The translations under genes and the position numbers were made by a program. 52,603 bases of DNA from Acidobacteriota bacterium (GTDB taxonomy: Bacteria; Acidobacteriota; UBA6911; JACQSX01): the NCBI GenBank assembly GCA_036507075.1, contig DASXQR010000208.1, positions 1-52,603 of the forward strand, read 5' to 3'. Below are positions 37,502 through 46,657 of this stretch, one piece after another (within the stretch, counting starts at the first letter, position 1; each line of letters begins with the position of its first letter). The notes under the pieces are model-generated. The model was given only the letters and a program-made list of their open reading frames with translations, was not told the origin of the DNA and ran no database searches.

Positions 37502-39496
37502 TTAGCTTCCCGCCGCCGTCGGCATTTCAATAGAAACTACCGTCAGGTTGCGCAGCTTGTCCCGGTCGATTTTCAACTCCGCGGCGGCGCCGAAATATCC
37601 AATCAATCTCTGCCGCACATTCTTCAACCCATATCCGGAGCCGGTTCTCGAAGAAGCGGTCGCCGCAGGCGCCAATGGAGGCTGCAATTCAGTCTCTGAA
37701 TTCTTGAACCCGGGACCGTTATCCAGCACCTCGATGCGGATGCGGTCCTGCGCGCGCGTTGCGCGGATCCGGACTTCTCCCACGCCGCGAACCGCCGCCG
37801 CCCCGTGCTTGACGGCATTTTCCACCAGCGTCTGCACTATCATCGACGGAATCTTAGTCTCCTTGACCGAGTCGTCGATTTCCAGATCCACACGCAGCCG
37901 GTTGCCGAAGCGAGCCTGTTCTATGTCCAGATAAGAGCGAACAAATTCCATCTCATCTTCCAGCCGCACCCATTCCTTGTCTGAGCGCGTCAAAGTATAG
38001 CGAAACACGTCAGCCAGTTGTTCCACCGTTTCCTCGGCACGCATCGGATCTTTGTGAATCAGAACGGCAATCGCATTCAGGGCATTGAACAAAAAATGCG
38101 GGTTGATCTGCGCGCGCAGCGCTTTCAACTCAGAATGACTGGCGTGCAGCATCAATTCCTGCTCGCGCTTGTCCTGCTGCTGCTTCCTTTGCTGCAGATG
38201 CACGTTCTGCAACATGAAGGAAAACACATCCACCAGCGAAGCAAGCAGCGTGGAATCCTCGCTGAAATAAGGGATGTCGTTGATGCGCCGGCCCATCAGA
38301 ACAGTTCCCACTTCCTGCTGGTTCAGACGAATCAGCATCTTGAGGACGGCGGGAAATTCTTCCTCCTGCCCGGTGGGTTCGTCCGACAGTACTATGCGGG
38401 TCCTGGCCCGAAACAGCTCGCTCAGGCGCTTTTCGGCATGCTCGACAAGCTGCGGCCCGGTAGTGGCAGTTTGAACTCCGGCCAGAAAATATTTAACCGC
38501 TTCCTCGGGCGGAAACTTTCGACCCAGCCACGCCCGATCGAGCAACTGCTCCATCTTTCGATAAATCCAGGGTACGGCGAGAGCCAGCGGCAGCAGCGTC
38601 ACGGCAAAGAGAAACGGCGCCACAGTGAAGCTCGACCATGGCAGCCGCAAGGCTTCAAACCGCTTCATCAGGGGAAGTGTCAGCGAAAAATAAGCGGTGA
38701 GCACGACCATGGCGAGCAGGAAGAAAATTCCCTGCTTGATGAAAATATCGAAGAAGACGAAGCGCTCTTCGAAATAAACGCCAACGAACATGAAAAACAG
38801 CGGCATTGACTTGCAAAGCACCTCCACGTAGCGGCCCACGTTCTGCGAAACCGGGATCCAATCTGCGATCAGGCCCAGCAGTGGAACAAATATGACGAAC
38901 ATGAAAATGTAGAGCGCCACACGGGACATGTGTCTTCCCTTGTCCTCTTTTACTTCCTGTCTCTTTCGGCCCTTCAGCGAAACCAGAACGCCAAAAACCG
39001 AGGCGCCCATAAAGCAAAACGGCAACGCCATGATCATCCATTGGGAAAACCGCATCCACCGCAAAAACACCAAGGCGTAGGTGCAGATTATCCCAAGGCA
39101 GACGGCGTAAGTAACGGCAACGGCGGACTCCCATGCCCGGCGCGCGCGCAAATAAGGACGATAATGCAAGTACCACATATGAACCAGCAAAGGCGGAAAA
39201 AGAAAGGCCGTGGAGTAGGTCGCAATGCTGAATCGCCGGGGTACCTGGCCCCCTGTGACGGCAAATACCAGGTCATGAGCAATATTGAGGGCAAACCAGA
39301 TTGCGGATACCAGAAAGATGAGCCCCTCGCCTGCGTCTTCGCCCCGCGGGCATTTGCCTTTCCACTGGCGCTGCCATAAAACCAGCAGCGTGACAAACGA
39401 AATCAGCCCGAACGTGTAAGTGAGCAGCGATCCCAGAACAAGGGTGGAAAGAAATACGAAAATCCCCGCTGCTATCAGTTTGTAATCGCTCTTCAT
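37502..39496 (-). CDS. LytS/YehU-type membrane sensor histidine kinase
   Basis: About 10 TM helices, GAF-like segment, ELKALRAQINPHFLFNALN, LVENAVKHG, DNGPG, GYGLKNV. Confidence 0.93.
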   Translation of the reverse strand: MKSDYKLIAAGIFVFLSTLVLGSLLTYTFGLISFVTLLVLWQRQWKGKCPRGEDAGEGLIFLVSAIWFALNIAHDLVFAVTGGQVPRRFSIATYSTAFLFPPLLVHMWYLHYRPYLRARRAWESAVAVTYAVCLGIICTYALVFLRWMRFSQWMIMALPFCFMGASVFGVLVSLKGRKRQEVKEDKGRHMSRVALYIFMFVIFVPLLGLIADWIPVSQNVGRYVEVLCKSMPLFFMFVGVYFEERFVFFDIFIKQGIFFLLAMVVLTAYFSLTLPLMKRFEALRLPWSSFTVAPFLFAVTLLPLALAVPWIYRKMEQLLDRAWLGRKFPPEEAVKYFLAGVQTATTGPQLVEHAEKRLSELFRARTRIVLSDEPTGQEEEFPAVLKMLIRLNQQEVGTVLMGRRINDIPYFSEDSTLLASLVDVFSFMLQNVHLQQRKQQQDKREQELMLHASHSELKALRAQINPHFLFNALNAIAVLIHKDPMRAEETVEQLADVFRYTLTRSDKEWVRLEDEMEFVRSYLDIEQARFGNRLRVDLEIDDSVKETKIPSMIVQTLVENAVKHGAAAVRGVGEVRIRATRAQDRIRIEVLDNGPGFKNSETELQPPLAPAATASSRTGSGYGLKNVRQRLIGYFGAAAELKIDRDKLRNLTVVSIEMPTAAGS

Positions 39497-39502
39497 AAAA
39501 AA

Positions 39503-39682
39503 CAGTTTTCGGGTTTACGTGTTACGATTTCAAAAACGGTTCAAGCGTTTACGGGTTACGATTCCAAAAAAGGGTTCAAGGGTTTACGTGTTACGGGTTG
39601 CGGGTTCTGGACGGCACGTTAAATCGTGGATGACTTGCACGCTTCTTAACTCGTAACCCGAAACCCGGAACCCGAAAAACTG
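39503..39682. repeat. Inverted heptamer-like arrays (CGGGTTn / AACCCGn) containing a 34-35-bp direct repeat
   Basis: Near-complementary ends CAGTTTTCGGGTT / AACCCGAAAAACTG; direct repeats 39511-39544 and 39545-39579, plus a partial third. Confidence 0.85.
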
Positions 39683-39686
39683 TCTT

Positions 39687-40922
39687 TCAGAAATAGTACC
39701 TCAGCCCGAATTCGGATGCTCTCTTTACCTGTAGCTGGCCGAATTCGGCGTGCCTTTCACCGGTAAATTCGCTTTGAATCCAGTAAAGGCTCCAATCGGG
39801 CCGGATCTTCCAGTAAATTCCCGGGCGCACAATGCAAGAACCGTCGCGCAAAGATGAGAGAACGATGAGCTCCGTTTCGACCCGGTTTCTGGCAAACGGA
39901 GCATAAACCCGCAAGAAACCGTAATTCCTGCTCATTGCCAGCGGTTGATAATGCCGGTTTACCTCGAGCAGCAGCCAGGGATTGCCGCGGGACAGTTCTT
40001 GCTGGCCGCGGCCGGCCAGGTTTCGAAAATGCGACCACGCGGTCCTGTTCAGCCCTTCACCGTTGTAGAGGTATTCGGCCACCAGGTTAACGTTCCGGGG
40101 GAAAGTGTACTGTCCCCCCAGCAGCAACTCTGCGTGGCGTCGCTTTTGCAAAACGAATCGCTCGCTGCCGGGAACGTACCGCAGGGAATCCTGAAAGGCG
40201 GCCGCCTCGGCATGAACCTCCAGGGCATCACCCAATGTCTTGGCCGCGCTTACACCCTGGCTGTTTGGGAGGCTGCCTCCTCCGCTCGAGGTCAGCGAAA
40301 GATCAACGCCCCTTATCAGACGATACCCTCGAACCGCCCATCCCCCGGAGCGCACGAAACCGGGTTCATCCCCGCTCCAGTCAATCTCGGGAACCGCGAG
40401 CAGCGACACGTTCCATTGATGCACAAACAAATCCGCGCGCACCATGTCCACTCCGCGATAGGCCGAGCGGCGGTCGTTGGGATCGCTGGGGTTTTTCCTT
40501 GGATTCACCACGCCTGTCGGATTCCAGGCATAACCGGTTCCCCATTTTTCGATCACCCTGCCGATCTGAAGGTCCAGCCAGGGCGAGACTGAGTAGTTGA
40601 TGTAAAGCTCGCTCAAATCGACGCGCGAAAAGGAGTGCCGGCCCCACTCGCCGGAAGCGCGGATTTTTGCGTGAAGCTTCCATGACTTGCTTTCCGGGTA
40701 CAACTCGCCAAACAGCGCCATATCGGAAAGGTTAAGGCGGGGCGCAACGCCCAGGAAGTTACCGGGATTGAGCGGAGATTTGTCGTCGGCGGGAGTCCAC
40801 CGCGTCTCGTTTCCTACAGAGCCGAAAAGACGAAATACCGGTTTGGAAGAACTATTCCCGGCCGCGTGCAGCGTGGTCCACCAGAAAGACACGAAGAGCA
40901 CAAAGAGACCTTTATGCCGCAT
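39687..40922 (-). CDS. Probable outer-membrane beta-barrel protein
   Basis: Signal peptide, ELYINY...LQIGR....WG.G..WNP, alternating strands, C-terminal LRYYF; ATG overlaps the upstream stop. Confidence 0.75.
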   Translation of the reverse strand: MRHKGLFVLFVSFWWTTLHAAGNSSSKPVFRLFGSVGNETRWTPADDKSPLNPGNFLGVAPRLNLSDMALFGELYPESKSWKLHAKIRASGEWGRHSFSRVDLSELYINYSVSPWLDLQIGRVIEKWGTGYAWNPTGVVNPRKNPSDPNDRRSAYRGVDMVRADLFVHQWNVSLLAVPEIDWSGDEPGFVRSGGWAVRGYRLIRGVDLSLTSSGGGSLPNSQGVSAAKTLGDALEVHAEAAAFQDSLRYVPGSERFVLQKRRHAELLLGGQYTFPRNVNLVAEYLYNGEGLNRTAWSHFRNLAGRGQQELSRGNPWLLLEVNRHYQPLAMSRNYGFLRVYAPFARNRVETELIVLSSLRDGSCIVRPGIYWKIRPDWSLYWIQSEFTGERHAEFGQLQVKRASEFGLRYYF

Positions 40923-41641
40923 TACCACTTCCCCAGATAGTTTTTATTGAACATCTTGTCAGGAAGCGCTTTGGGCTGGAGATTGGAGTATTCCATGACA
41001 GTTCGGCGTCCGGGGCGGATGGCATCCTGTATTTCCATCCTGGTGACCACCCGGCCTGCGGTAAAATTTCCAAACTCCTGGTAGCGTACGCGCTTCACCA
41101 GCTTACCCGAAGCGACGTAAAATTCAGCCTTGATCGGCTCGCGATCCCTCTTTCCCACCCACAGGCGCACGCGCTTGTAGGCAATATCTACGTCGCGCGC
41201 AGCCAGTTCCAGGATGTAGGCGGCGCGACCGTCGACGGACTCTTCTCCGGCAAGCTGAGCCGTGTAGTCAACGCTGAAGTTGGTTCGCGCCACATCGCCG
41301 TTTGATGCCTCGCCCATCAGTCTTTGCAGAGGAGAAATTCGAATCGGCCGGCTTGTGTTGGGCATGTAAATCCACAGATCATCGCGCAGCATCAACAGGT
41401 ATTTCCCACGCTCGCTCGCGGGCGATCGGAATTCCACCAGGCTCTTGTCGGAACCCTGGCCGAAAACGCGGAAACCGGAGGTCTCTTTTTCCTCGTCGTG
41501 AAAACTGGTGAGCATAACATCGAGCACAAACCCGTCGAGCGGGTTGCGGTAGCCGTCCACCGAATGAAGAATAGCGGCGGCATCCTGCGCCTCGAGTCGC
41601 ACGGCGAACACCAATATCAGAAATAAGACTCTTTTCAACAT
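40922..41641 (-). CDS. Outer-membrane lipoprotein-sorting (LolA-like) protein
   Basis: Signal peptide; F..P..E.G...L....LWIY.P..RPIRIS..QRL.G..SN.D; in an operon with an FtsX-type permease. Confidence 0.85.
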   Translation of the reverse strand: MLKRVLFLILVFAVRLEAQDAAAILHSVDGYRNPLDGFVLDVMLTSFHDEEKETSGFRVFGQGSDKSLVEFRSPASERGKYLLMLRDDLWIYMPNTSRPIRISPLQRLMGEASNGDVARTNFSVDYTAQLAGEESVDGRAAYILELAARDVDIAYKRVRLWVGKRDREPIKAEFYVASGKLVKRVRYQEFGNFTAGRVVTRMEIQDAIRPGRRTVMEYSNLQPKALPDKMFNKNYLGKW

Positions 41642-41660
41642 AAAGCATTTCTCCAAAATA

Positions 41661-41764
41661 CGAATGCGGAATGCAGAATGCGGAATATAGTCGAACTTAA
41701 TTCTTCAAAGCAGACCAAATTGCCTCGCTATTCCCCATTCCGCATTCCGAAGTCCGCACTCGAG
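41661..41764 (-). repeat. ~104-bp heptamer-armed element, copy 1
   Basis: Its reverse complement aligns ungapped to 46530-46633 with 14 mismatches in 104 (manual count). Confidence 0.9.
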
Positions 41765-41792
41765 GCCAAACCTGCTGCTTAGAGGAGACAAA

Positions 41793-43007
41793 TTAGATAT
41801 GTCCCAAGGCGTCCACGATTCTCAGCCGGGTTGCTTTGAGCGCCGGCAAGATGGATGAAACTGTCGCCGTTATGACGGAAAGCACGAAGGCGATCACCAG
41901 GATCGACGACTTGAACATGATCTGAAGCGGATAACCGCGCGTGTATCCCGGAGGAGGCGGCAGTTGAATATGGGCGTGGTTGATCAAAGTGCCGGCCGAC
42001 CAACCAACCAGCAGGCCAAGCGCTCCACCCAGAATACCGATGAAGAGTCCCTCGAGCAGAAACATCGCCCAGAGACGAATTCTCTTGGTTCCAATGGCCA
42101 TCAATGTTCCGATTTCGCGCGTGCGCTCAAAAATGCTCATCATGATGGTGTTGGCGACGCTCACCACCACAATGGCAAACACCACAATCCCAAGAAAGCC
42201 GAAAATGCCGTTATAGATCAGGACAACCTGGTGATAGAAGGTAGCCAGCTTTGACCAGTCCTTCATTTCCAGATTCCATCCGCGTTTGGAGAACAGCGCA
42301 GCCAGATCCGCCTCCACTGCCCCGGTCTGTTCGGTTTCCTTCAACATCACAAGCATTTTTTCCACTTTCTGTGTCTGCAGCAGTTGTTGCGCGCCCTGGA
42401 TCGGCATTTTTACGGCGCGATCGTCATACTCTTTCACGCCGGTGGCGAACGTGCCGGCCACCCTGACATCCATGGCATTGAGCGAACCCCGCACAGTGGT
42501 GGTCATCAGCGTCAGATAGTCTCCCGGCTTAACGTTCATGCTTCGGGCCAAGCCCTCTCCGATGATCACCCCGTCGGGTTCCTTGTCCGAGATGAACTGA
42601 CCGGAAAGCAGCCGCTGCGCAGCCATCATTTTGTCGCGTCCAGGTTCGACGGCCGTTGCCAAAAAAGTTTCCGACTTATCGCCGTTGCTGATCAAGCCCA
42701 TCAATGTAATCTGAGCGGCCGTGGCTTTGACGCGTGGATCCGCTTCGATTGCCTGACGGAGCTGCGCCACGTCGTCCAGCGCGTAATCGAGCGGCTTTTG
42801 CGATTTCCCGTCAAAATAGCCTCTTTTGTAAATCTGCAGATGTCCCAATCGATTCCGAATGGTGCTCTCCCTGAGGCCCCAGAAGGAAAGTTCCTTGTAG
42901 CCGCCGAACAAAATCAAAGCAGTCGCTCCGAAAACCATTACCACCAGAGTCATGAAAGAACGACGCCGGTTCCTGAAAATGTTTCGAAAAGCGATTCTGG
43001 CTAGCAT
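41793..43007 (-). CDS. ABC transporter permease, MacB/FtsX (LolC/E-like) family
   Basis: IAFRNIFRNRRRS, N-terminal TM plus periplasmic domain, ERTREIGTL.AIG, three C-terminal TMs. Confidence 0.93.
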   Translation of the reverse strand: MLARIAFRNIFRNRRRSFMTLVVMVFGATALILFGGYKELSFWGLRESTIRNRLGHLQIYKRGYFDGKSQKPLDYALDDVAQLRQAIEADPRVKATAAQITLMGLISNGDKSETFLATAVEPGRDKMMAAQRLLSGQFISDKEPDGVIIGEGLARSMNVKPGDYLTLMTTTVRGSLNAMDVRVAGTFATGVKEYDDRAVKMPIQGAQQLLQTQKVEKMLVMLKETEQTGAVEADLAALFSKRGWNLEMKDWSKLATFYHQVVLIYNGIFGFLGIVVFAIVVVSVANTIMMSIFERTREIGTLMAIGTKRIRLWAMFLLEGLFIGILGGALGLLVGWSAGTLINHAHIQLPPPPGYTRGYPLQIMFKSSILVIAFVLSVITATVSSILPALKATRLRIVDALGHI

Positions 43008-43040
43008 ATTCCCAACCTTTCCACCGCAATTTTTCCGCCC

Positions 43041-43094
43041 GTAGAGAGGCGGCATGCCGCGTCAGAGCTCAGACGCGACATGTCTCGTCTCTAC
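43041..43094. repeat. GTAG-type REP doublet overlapping the ATPase stop codon
   Basis: GTAGAGAGGCGGCATGCCGCGTC-n8-GACGCGACATGTCTCGTCTCTAC. Confidence 0.85.
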
Positions 43095-43823
43095 GGGTTG
43101 CGGCATGATGTGCGGGCGAAGATCGTCCATCGCCTCGACGGAATACTCATCACTCAGGATTTGTCCGTCGCGCAGCCGGATACGGCGCCGGGCTCTCTCA
43201 ATGATCCTGGGGTCGTGGGTGGAAAACAGAAGCGTGGTCCCTGTTTCCCGGTTGATTCCCCACAGCAAATCCAGAATTTCCACGGCGGTTTCCGAATCGA
43301 GATTGGCGGTCGGCTCATCGGCCAGGATTACTGCCGGCTCGGTCACCAGAGCCCGCGCGATGGCAACCCGCTGCCGCTGACCGCCCGAGAGCTGATCCGG
43401 CTTCTGCTTGCGCTGTCCCGCCAGACCGATTCGTTCCAGCAGAGAGTCCACTCTTTCAAAGCGCTCTTTCTTTGGCATCCCGGAAAGCAACAGCGGATAC
43501 TCCACATTCTCAAAAGCGGTCAACACCGGAATTAGATTAAAAGTCTGAAAGATGAACCCGATCCGCTGCCGGCGTACAGCGGCCAGACGATGCAGCGGCA
43601 TGCCCGTCACGTCCTTGTCGCCGAGGTGAATCCGCCCTCGGGTCGGCTTGTCAATGCAACCGATCAGGTTTAACAAGGTGGTCTTTCCGCTGCCTGACGG
43701 ACCGGCGAGCGCCGCAAAGTCGCCGCTCTTTAATTCCAGATCAACATTCTTCAGCGCGGGAACGTCGATTTTTCCCAGGCGATAAGACTTGTCGATATTC
43801 TCCAATCTGACAACTGTCTCCAT
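43062..43823 (-). CDS. ABC transporter ATP-binding protein (LolD/MacB-like)
   Basis: GPSGSGKTT, IGFIFQ.FNL, LSGGQRQR, LADEPT.NLD; GGAGG RBS before ATG 43823. Confidence 0.95.
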   Translation of the reverse strand: METVVRLENIDKSYRLGKIDVPALKNVDLELKSGDFAALAGPSGSGKTTLLNLIGCIDKPTRGRIHLGDKDVTGMPLHRLAAVRRQRIGFIFQTFNLIPVLTAFENVEYPLLLSGMPKKERFERVDSLLERIGLAGQRKQKPDQLSGGQRQRVAIARALVTEPAVILADEPTANLDSETAVEILDLLWGINRETGTTLLFSTHDPRIIERARRRIRLRDGQILSDEYSVEAMDDLRPHIMPQPVETRHVASEL

Positions 43824-43899
43824 GGTTCGGCCTCCAGGTTCAAGGTACCGCCGACGAGGCAAAATCATGAGCGGATCCCGACCAGCGGCGTCAATAGGG

Positions 43900-43930
43900 G
43901 TTGAGCGGCCAGAATGTGGGAACGAGCGGC
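43900..43930 (-). promoter_or_regulatory. Candidate LytTR-regulator binding direct repeat
   Basis: Minus strand GCCGCTCGTT-n11-GCCGCTCAAC (21-bp period), with related CCGCT copies ending at 43888 and 43874, upstream of the operon that encodes the LytTR regulator. Confidence 0.55.
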
Positions 43931-43998
43931 AGGAGTAGAAATGTCGGAGCCAGGGCATGATGTCCAAAATCGGAATTGTCGGAGGCGGTCAAGGTGTG

Positions 43999-44102
43999 TT
44001 CACCGCAGAGCCGCAGAGAACGCCGAGTTTCCGCAGAGTTCCATTACAAACTCTGCGTTGAATTCGAAAACCCGAAACCCGCAACTCGAAAACCCGCAAC
44101 CC
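43999..44102. repeat. CACCGCAGAG 8/9-mer arm followed by an (AACCCGn) heptamer array
   Basis: TTCACCGCAGAGCCGCAGAGAACGCCGAG..., then aaaacccgaaacccgcaactcgaaaacccgcaacc. Confidence 0.8.
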
Positions 44103-44105
44103 TGC

Positions 44106-46616
44106 TTATTTATACCCGAGCATGTTGGCCAGCATCTGGAAGGCGCCATCGTGGAGCTCCTTCCACTGTCGATACCAGACGTAGGAGGTATAAATGTAGG
44201 TCCCCTTCCCCGTCGAAGCCACCAGCAGGCCGCCGTTAAGCGGTTCTTCACCGGGATCGTTTGAAGAAAGCAGCGCGGCGTAACGGCTGTCCCACTTGTC
44301 GGGATAGTAAAGACCCCGCTCCTGCACCCAGTTTTCGAAATCAACCGGTTCGATTTCGTTTGGCCTGCGCAACAGCGGGTGGTCGGGGATCAGGATTTTT
44401 ACCGGAGCTTCTTCTACGCTGATGCGCCGGCTTGAAAGGTGGAGAGGATAGGGGGCCAGAGCCGGATAGCCGGCTTCGGTGTTAAATTCCCCCGCTCGCT
44501 GGTAAAAGACAATCAAGTGGCCCCCGTTGCGGGCGTAGGTGAGAAGTTTATCGTTGTTTTCCACCAGCCATGGGATCAGAACATAAGCGCGATGATCCAC
44601 CAGGATCGCGTCAAATTGTGACAGATCTCCCGATTGCAGATCCTCCGGCCCGAGGACGCGGTATTGCAGGCCCAGATTCTGCAAAGCCTCTTCTGTGGTG
44701 GCATCGCTGTGGCGTATCAATCCAACTCTTCTGAGATTAGGAAGGCGTATGTCTCCTGCCCTGACCCGCATTTCCGTCGAAGCGAGCGTACCGTCGCTGG
44801 CCGCAAATTTAAATTGCCCGTTTGTACTCTGCTGTCTGGTCAGGCGCACAGGCAGAGAAACCTTCTGGGTTTTTCCGGCGGCGATCGCCACAGACTTGAC
44901 CGCGCCGCTGGAATCAGTCAGGTCCCCGTGAAGTTCGCCGGTTGATTTGTTTGTCAACTCTACTTCGGCGGTAAGGCTGCTGTCTTTCCAGGCAAGCCAT
45001 CGATCCGGCGATACGGACATCAAAAGTCGCGGCCATACGCCCGGCCCCACACTGGATTGGCAGGGGATGTCGATTTTCCCGTCGGTCAAAATCACTTTCC
45101 AGACCACCCGAGGCAAGTCATCCTGCATGTAGTGGAGGCGAAAGGGCTCCGTGGGGGCGGCATCATGGGAAAGGCGCAACACCCCGTACCGCCTGGGAAC
45201 AGACGCATTGGGGGAAGAAATCTGGCGACCCTCTTTCCAGCCGCGCGGCCATTCGACGGAAATCGATTTCAAACGCAAGGGCAGGCCGGTGCGAATCTCC
45301 AGCCGATAAATGGCGGGATCTCCAATAACGAGCTCGCCCGCCCCCGCGGCGAGCAACTCGTCCAAGGCAGCAGATGATTTGAGCCCGGCAGCGACTTTGT
45401 CCGGCACGGATCGCCAAACCAACTCCACTTCGACGCCGGCCAGTTCGGCCCGGGCGCGTCGCAGTCGAACCGTCAGATCGTCGATCGATGCCTGGATGCG
45501 TTTGCGTTTTTCCCCGGTGAATTGGCTGGAGAGTCCGCGCTGCATGCGCGCCAGGATATTCAGGTCCTTTTGAATTCGGCCAAGCGTGGAAGCGACGGCC
45601 GGAAGAACTTCGGCCTCGAGAAGATTCTGATACCGTTTCTGAATGATCCGCAGATTCATGCCCGCTTCGATTGGAAACGGCTGTGACAGTCCTTCGAAAA
45701 AACTGCCCGCCTCCGGTCCCAGCTTCACTGATGAAACGGAATTCCACAGGCGGTAATAGTGCGGCTTGGGATTTTTTTGAAGAGCGGGCCAGGGTCCCTG
45801 GGACACGTGCTTTATGTAGGCTTCGTGCCCAAGCTCTGCGTAGGATTTCCCGCTAGCGGGTTCCTCCTCTTCCACGCGCACGGTAACGTCGGCATTTTCG
45901 GGCCTGCGCGACCTCGCATCGGCATTACCTGATCCGCGCAGCCTTTGAAACAGCCTCTCGGCCTGCCAGGGCTCGCCCAATTCCGGCTTGTATTGGCCGT
46001 CTCCTGCCAGGCGGTACGCTTTCAGCAAGGCAATCGCCACGGCGCGATGGTTGCCATGTCCTTCATCGGTTGTGTGGTTGGTGATAATTACCGTGGGTTT
46101 CTCCGCGCGTATGGCCGCTACCAGACGATCCACGACTTTTTCCTCCCCGCCCCAGATCCGAAAAGTTTCTTCTGCGGTCTTTGAAAAACCGAAATCAATA
46201 AATCCCAGCGAGGAGATCCGAGAAACGCCGTATCCGGCGGCAGCGGCGTGCATTTCGTGGAAACGGAGCGCCCCCAGGCTGTCGTAGAGCTCCGGCCCTG
46301 TCGCATTTTGGCCGCCCTCGCCGTAATTGGAGACGACGATGGACGCGCGTACGCCCCATTTCCGGCGTGCCACGGCAAGCACTTCCCCATCTTCATCATC
46401 CGGATGGGCCGCCACACTCAAAAGAGAGAAGGCGCTGGTAAGATCTTTCAGCGCTTGTCGCTGCCGCAGCGCCGCATCGTTGGCTGAAAGAAAAGGGCAG
46501 CCAAGAAGGAGGGCGGCAACCAACGCCGCCTCAAGTGCGGATTTCGGAATGCGGAATGCGGAATAGCGAGGCAATCGGGCTGGCTTTGAAGAATCAAGCT
46601 TGACTATATTCCGCAT
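44106..46616 (-). CDS. Exported PIG-L/LmbE family deacetylase with C-terminal accessory domains
   Basis: AAHPDDED, GEGGQN..GPE, DFGFSK..EET, GHGNH, C-terminal FENWVQERGLY. Start uncertain because it lies in a repeat. Confidence 0.9.
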   Translation of the reverse strand: MRNIVKLDSSKPARLPRYSAFRIPKSALEAALVAALLLGCPFLSANDAALRQRQALKDLTSAFSLLSVAAHPDDEDGEVLAVARRKWGVRASIVVSNYGEGGQNATGPELYDSLGALRFHEMHAAAAGYGVSRISSLGFIDFGFSKTAEETFRIWGGEEKVVDRLVAAIRAEKPTVIITNHTTDEGHGNHRAVAIALLKAYRLAGDGQYKPELGEPWQAERLFQRLRGSGNADARSRRPENADVTVRVEEEEPASGKSYAELGHEAYIKHVSQGPWPALQKNPKPHYYRLWNSVSSVKLGPEAGSFFEGLSQPFPIEAGMNLRIIQKRYQNLLEAEVLPAVASTLGRIQKDLNILARMQRGLSSQFTGEKRKRIQASIDDLTVRLRRARAELAGVEVELVWRSVPDKVAAGLKSSAALDELLAAGAGELVIGDPAIYRLEIRTGLPLRLKSISVEWPRGWKEGRQISSPNASVPRRYGVLRLSHDAAPTEPFRLHYMQDDLPRVVWKVILTDGKIDIPCQSSVGPGVWPRLLMSVSPDRWLAWKDSSLTAEVELTNKSTGELHGDLTDSSGAVKSVAIAAGKTQKVSLPVRLTRQQSTNGQFKFAASDGTLASTEMRVRAGDIRLPNLRRVGLIRHSDATTEEALQNLGLQYRVLGPEDLQSGDLSQFDAILVDHRAYVLIPWLVENNDKLLTYARNGGHLIVFYQRAGEFNTEAGYPALAPYPLHLSSRRISVEEAPVKILIPDHPLLRRPNEIEPVDFENWVQERGLYYPDKWDSRYAALLSSNDPGEEPLNGGLLVASTGKGTYIYTSYVWYRQWKELHDGAFQMLANMLGYK

Positions 46617-46633
46617 TCAGCAATCCGCATTCC
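46530..46633 (+). repeat. ~104-bp heptamer-armed element, copy 2
   Basis: Inverted homolog of 41661-41764; overlaps the PIG-L 5' end. Confidence 0.9.
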
Positions 46634-46657
46634 GAACTTAAGGTTATCTGAGAAAAA

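Noticed and set aside
39511..39595. CRISPR-like 34-35-bp direct repeats
   Set aside because: The repeats are contiguous with no unique spacers, there are only about 2.5 copies, and no cas genes are present.
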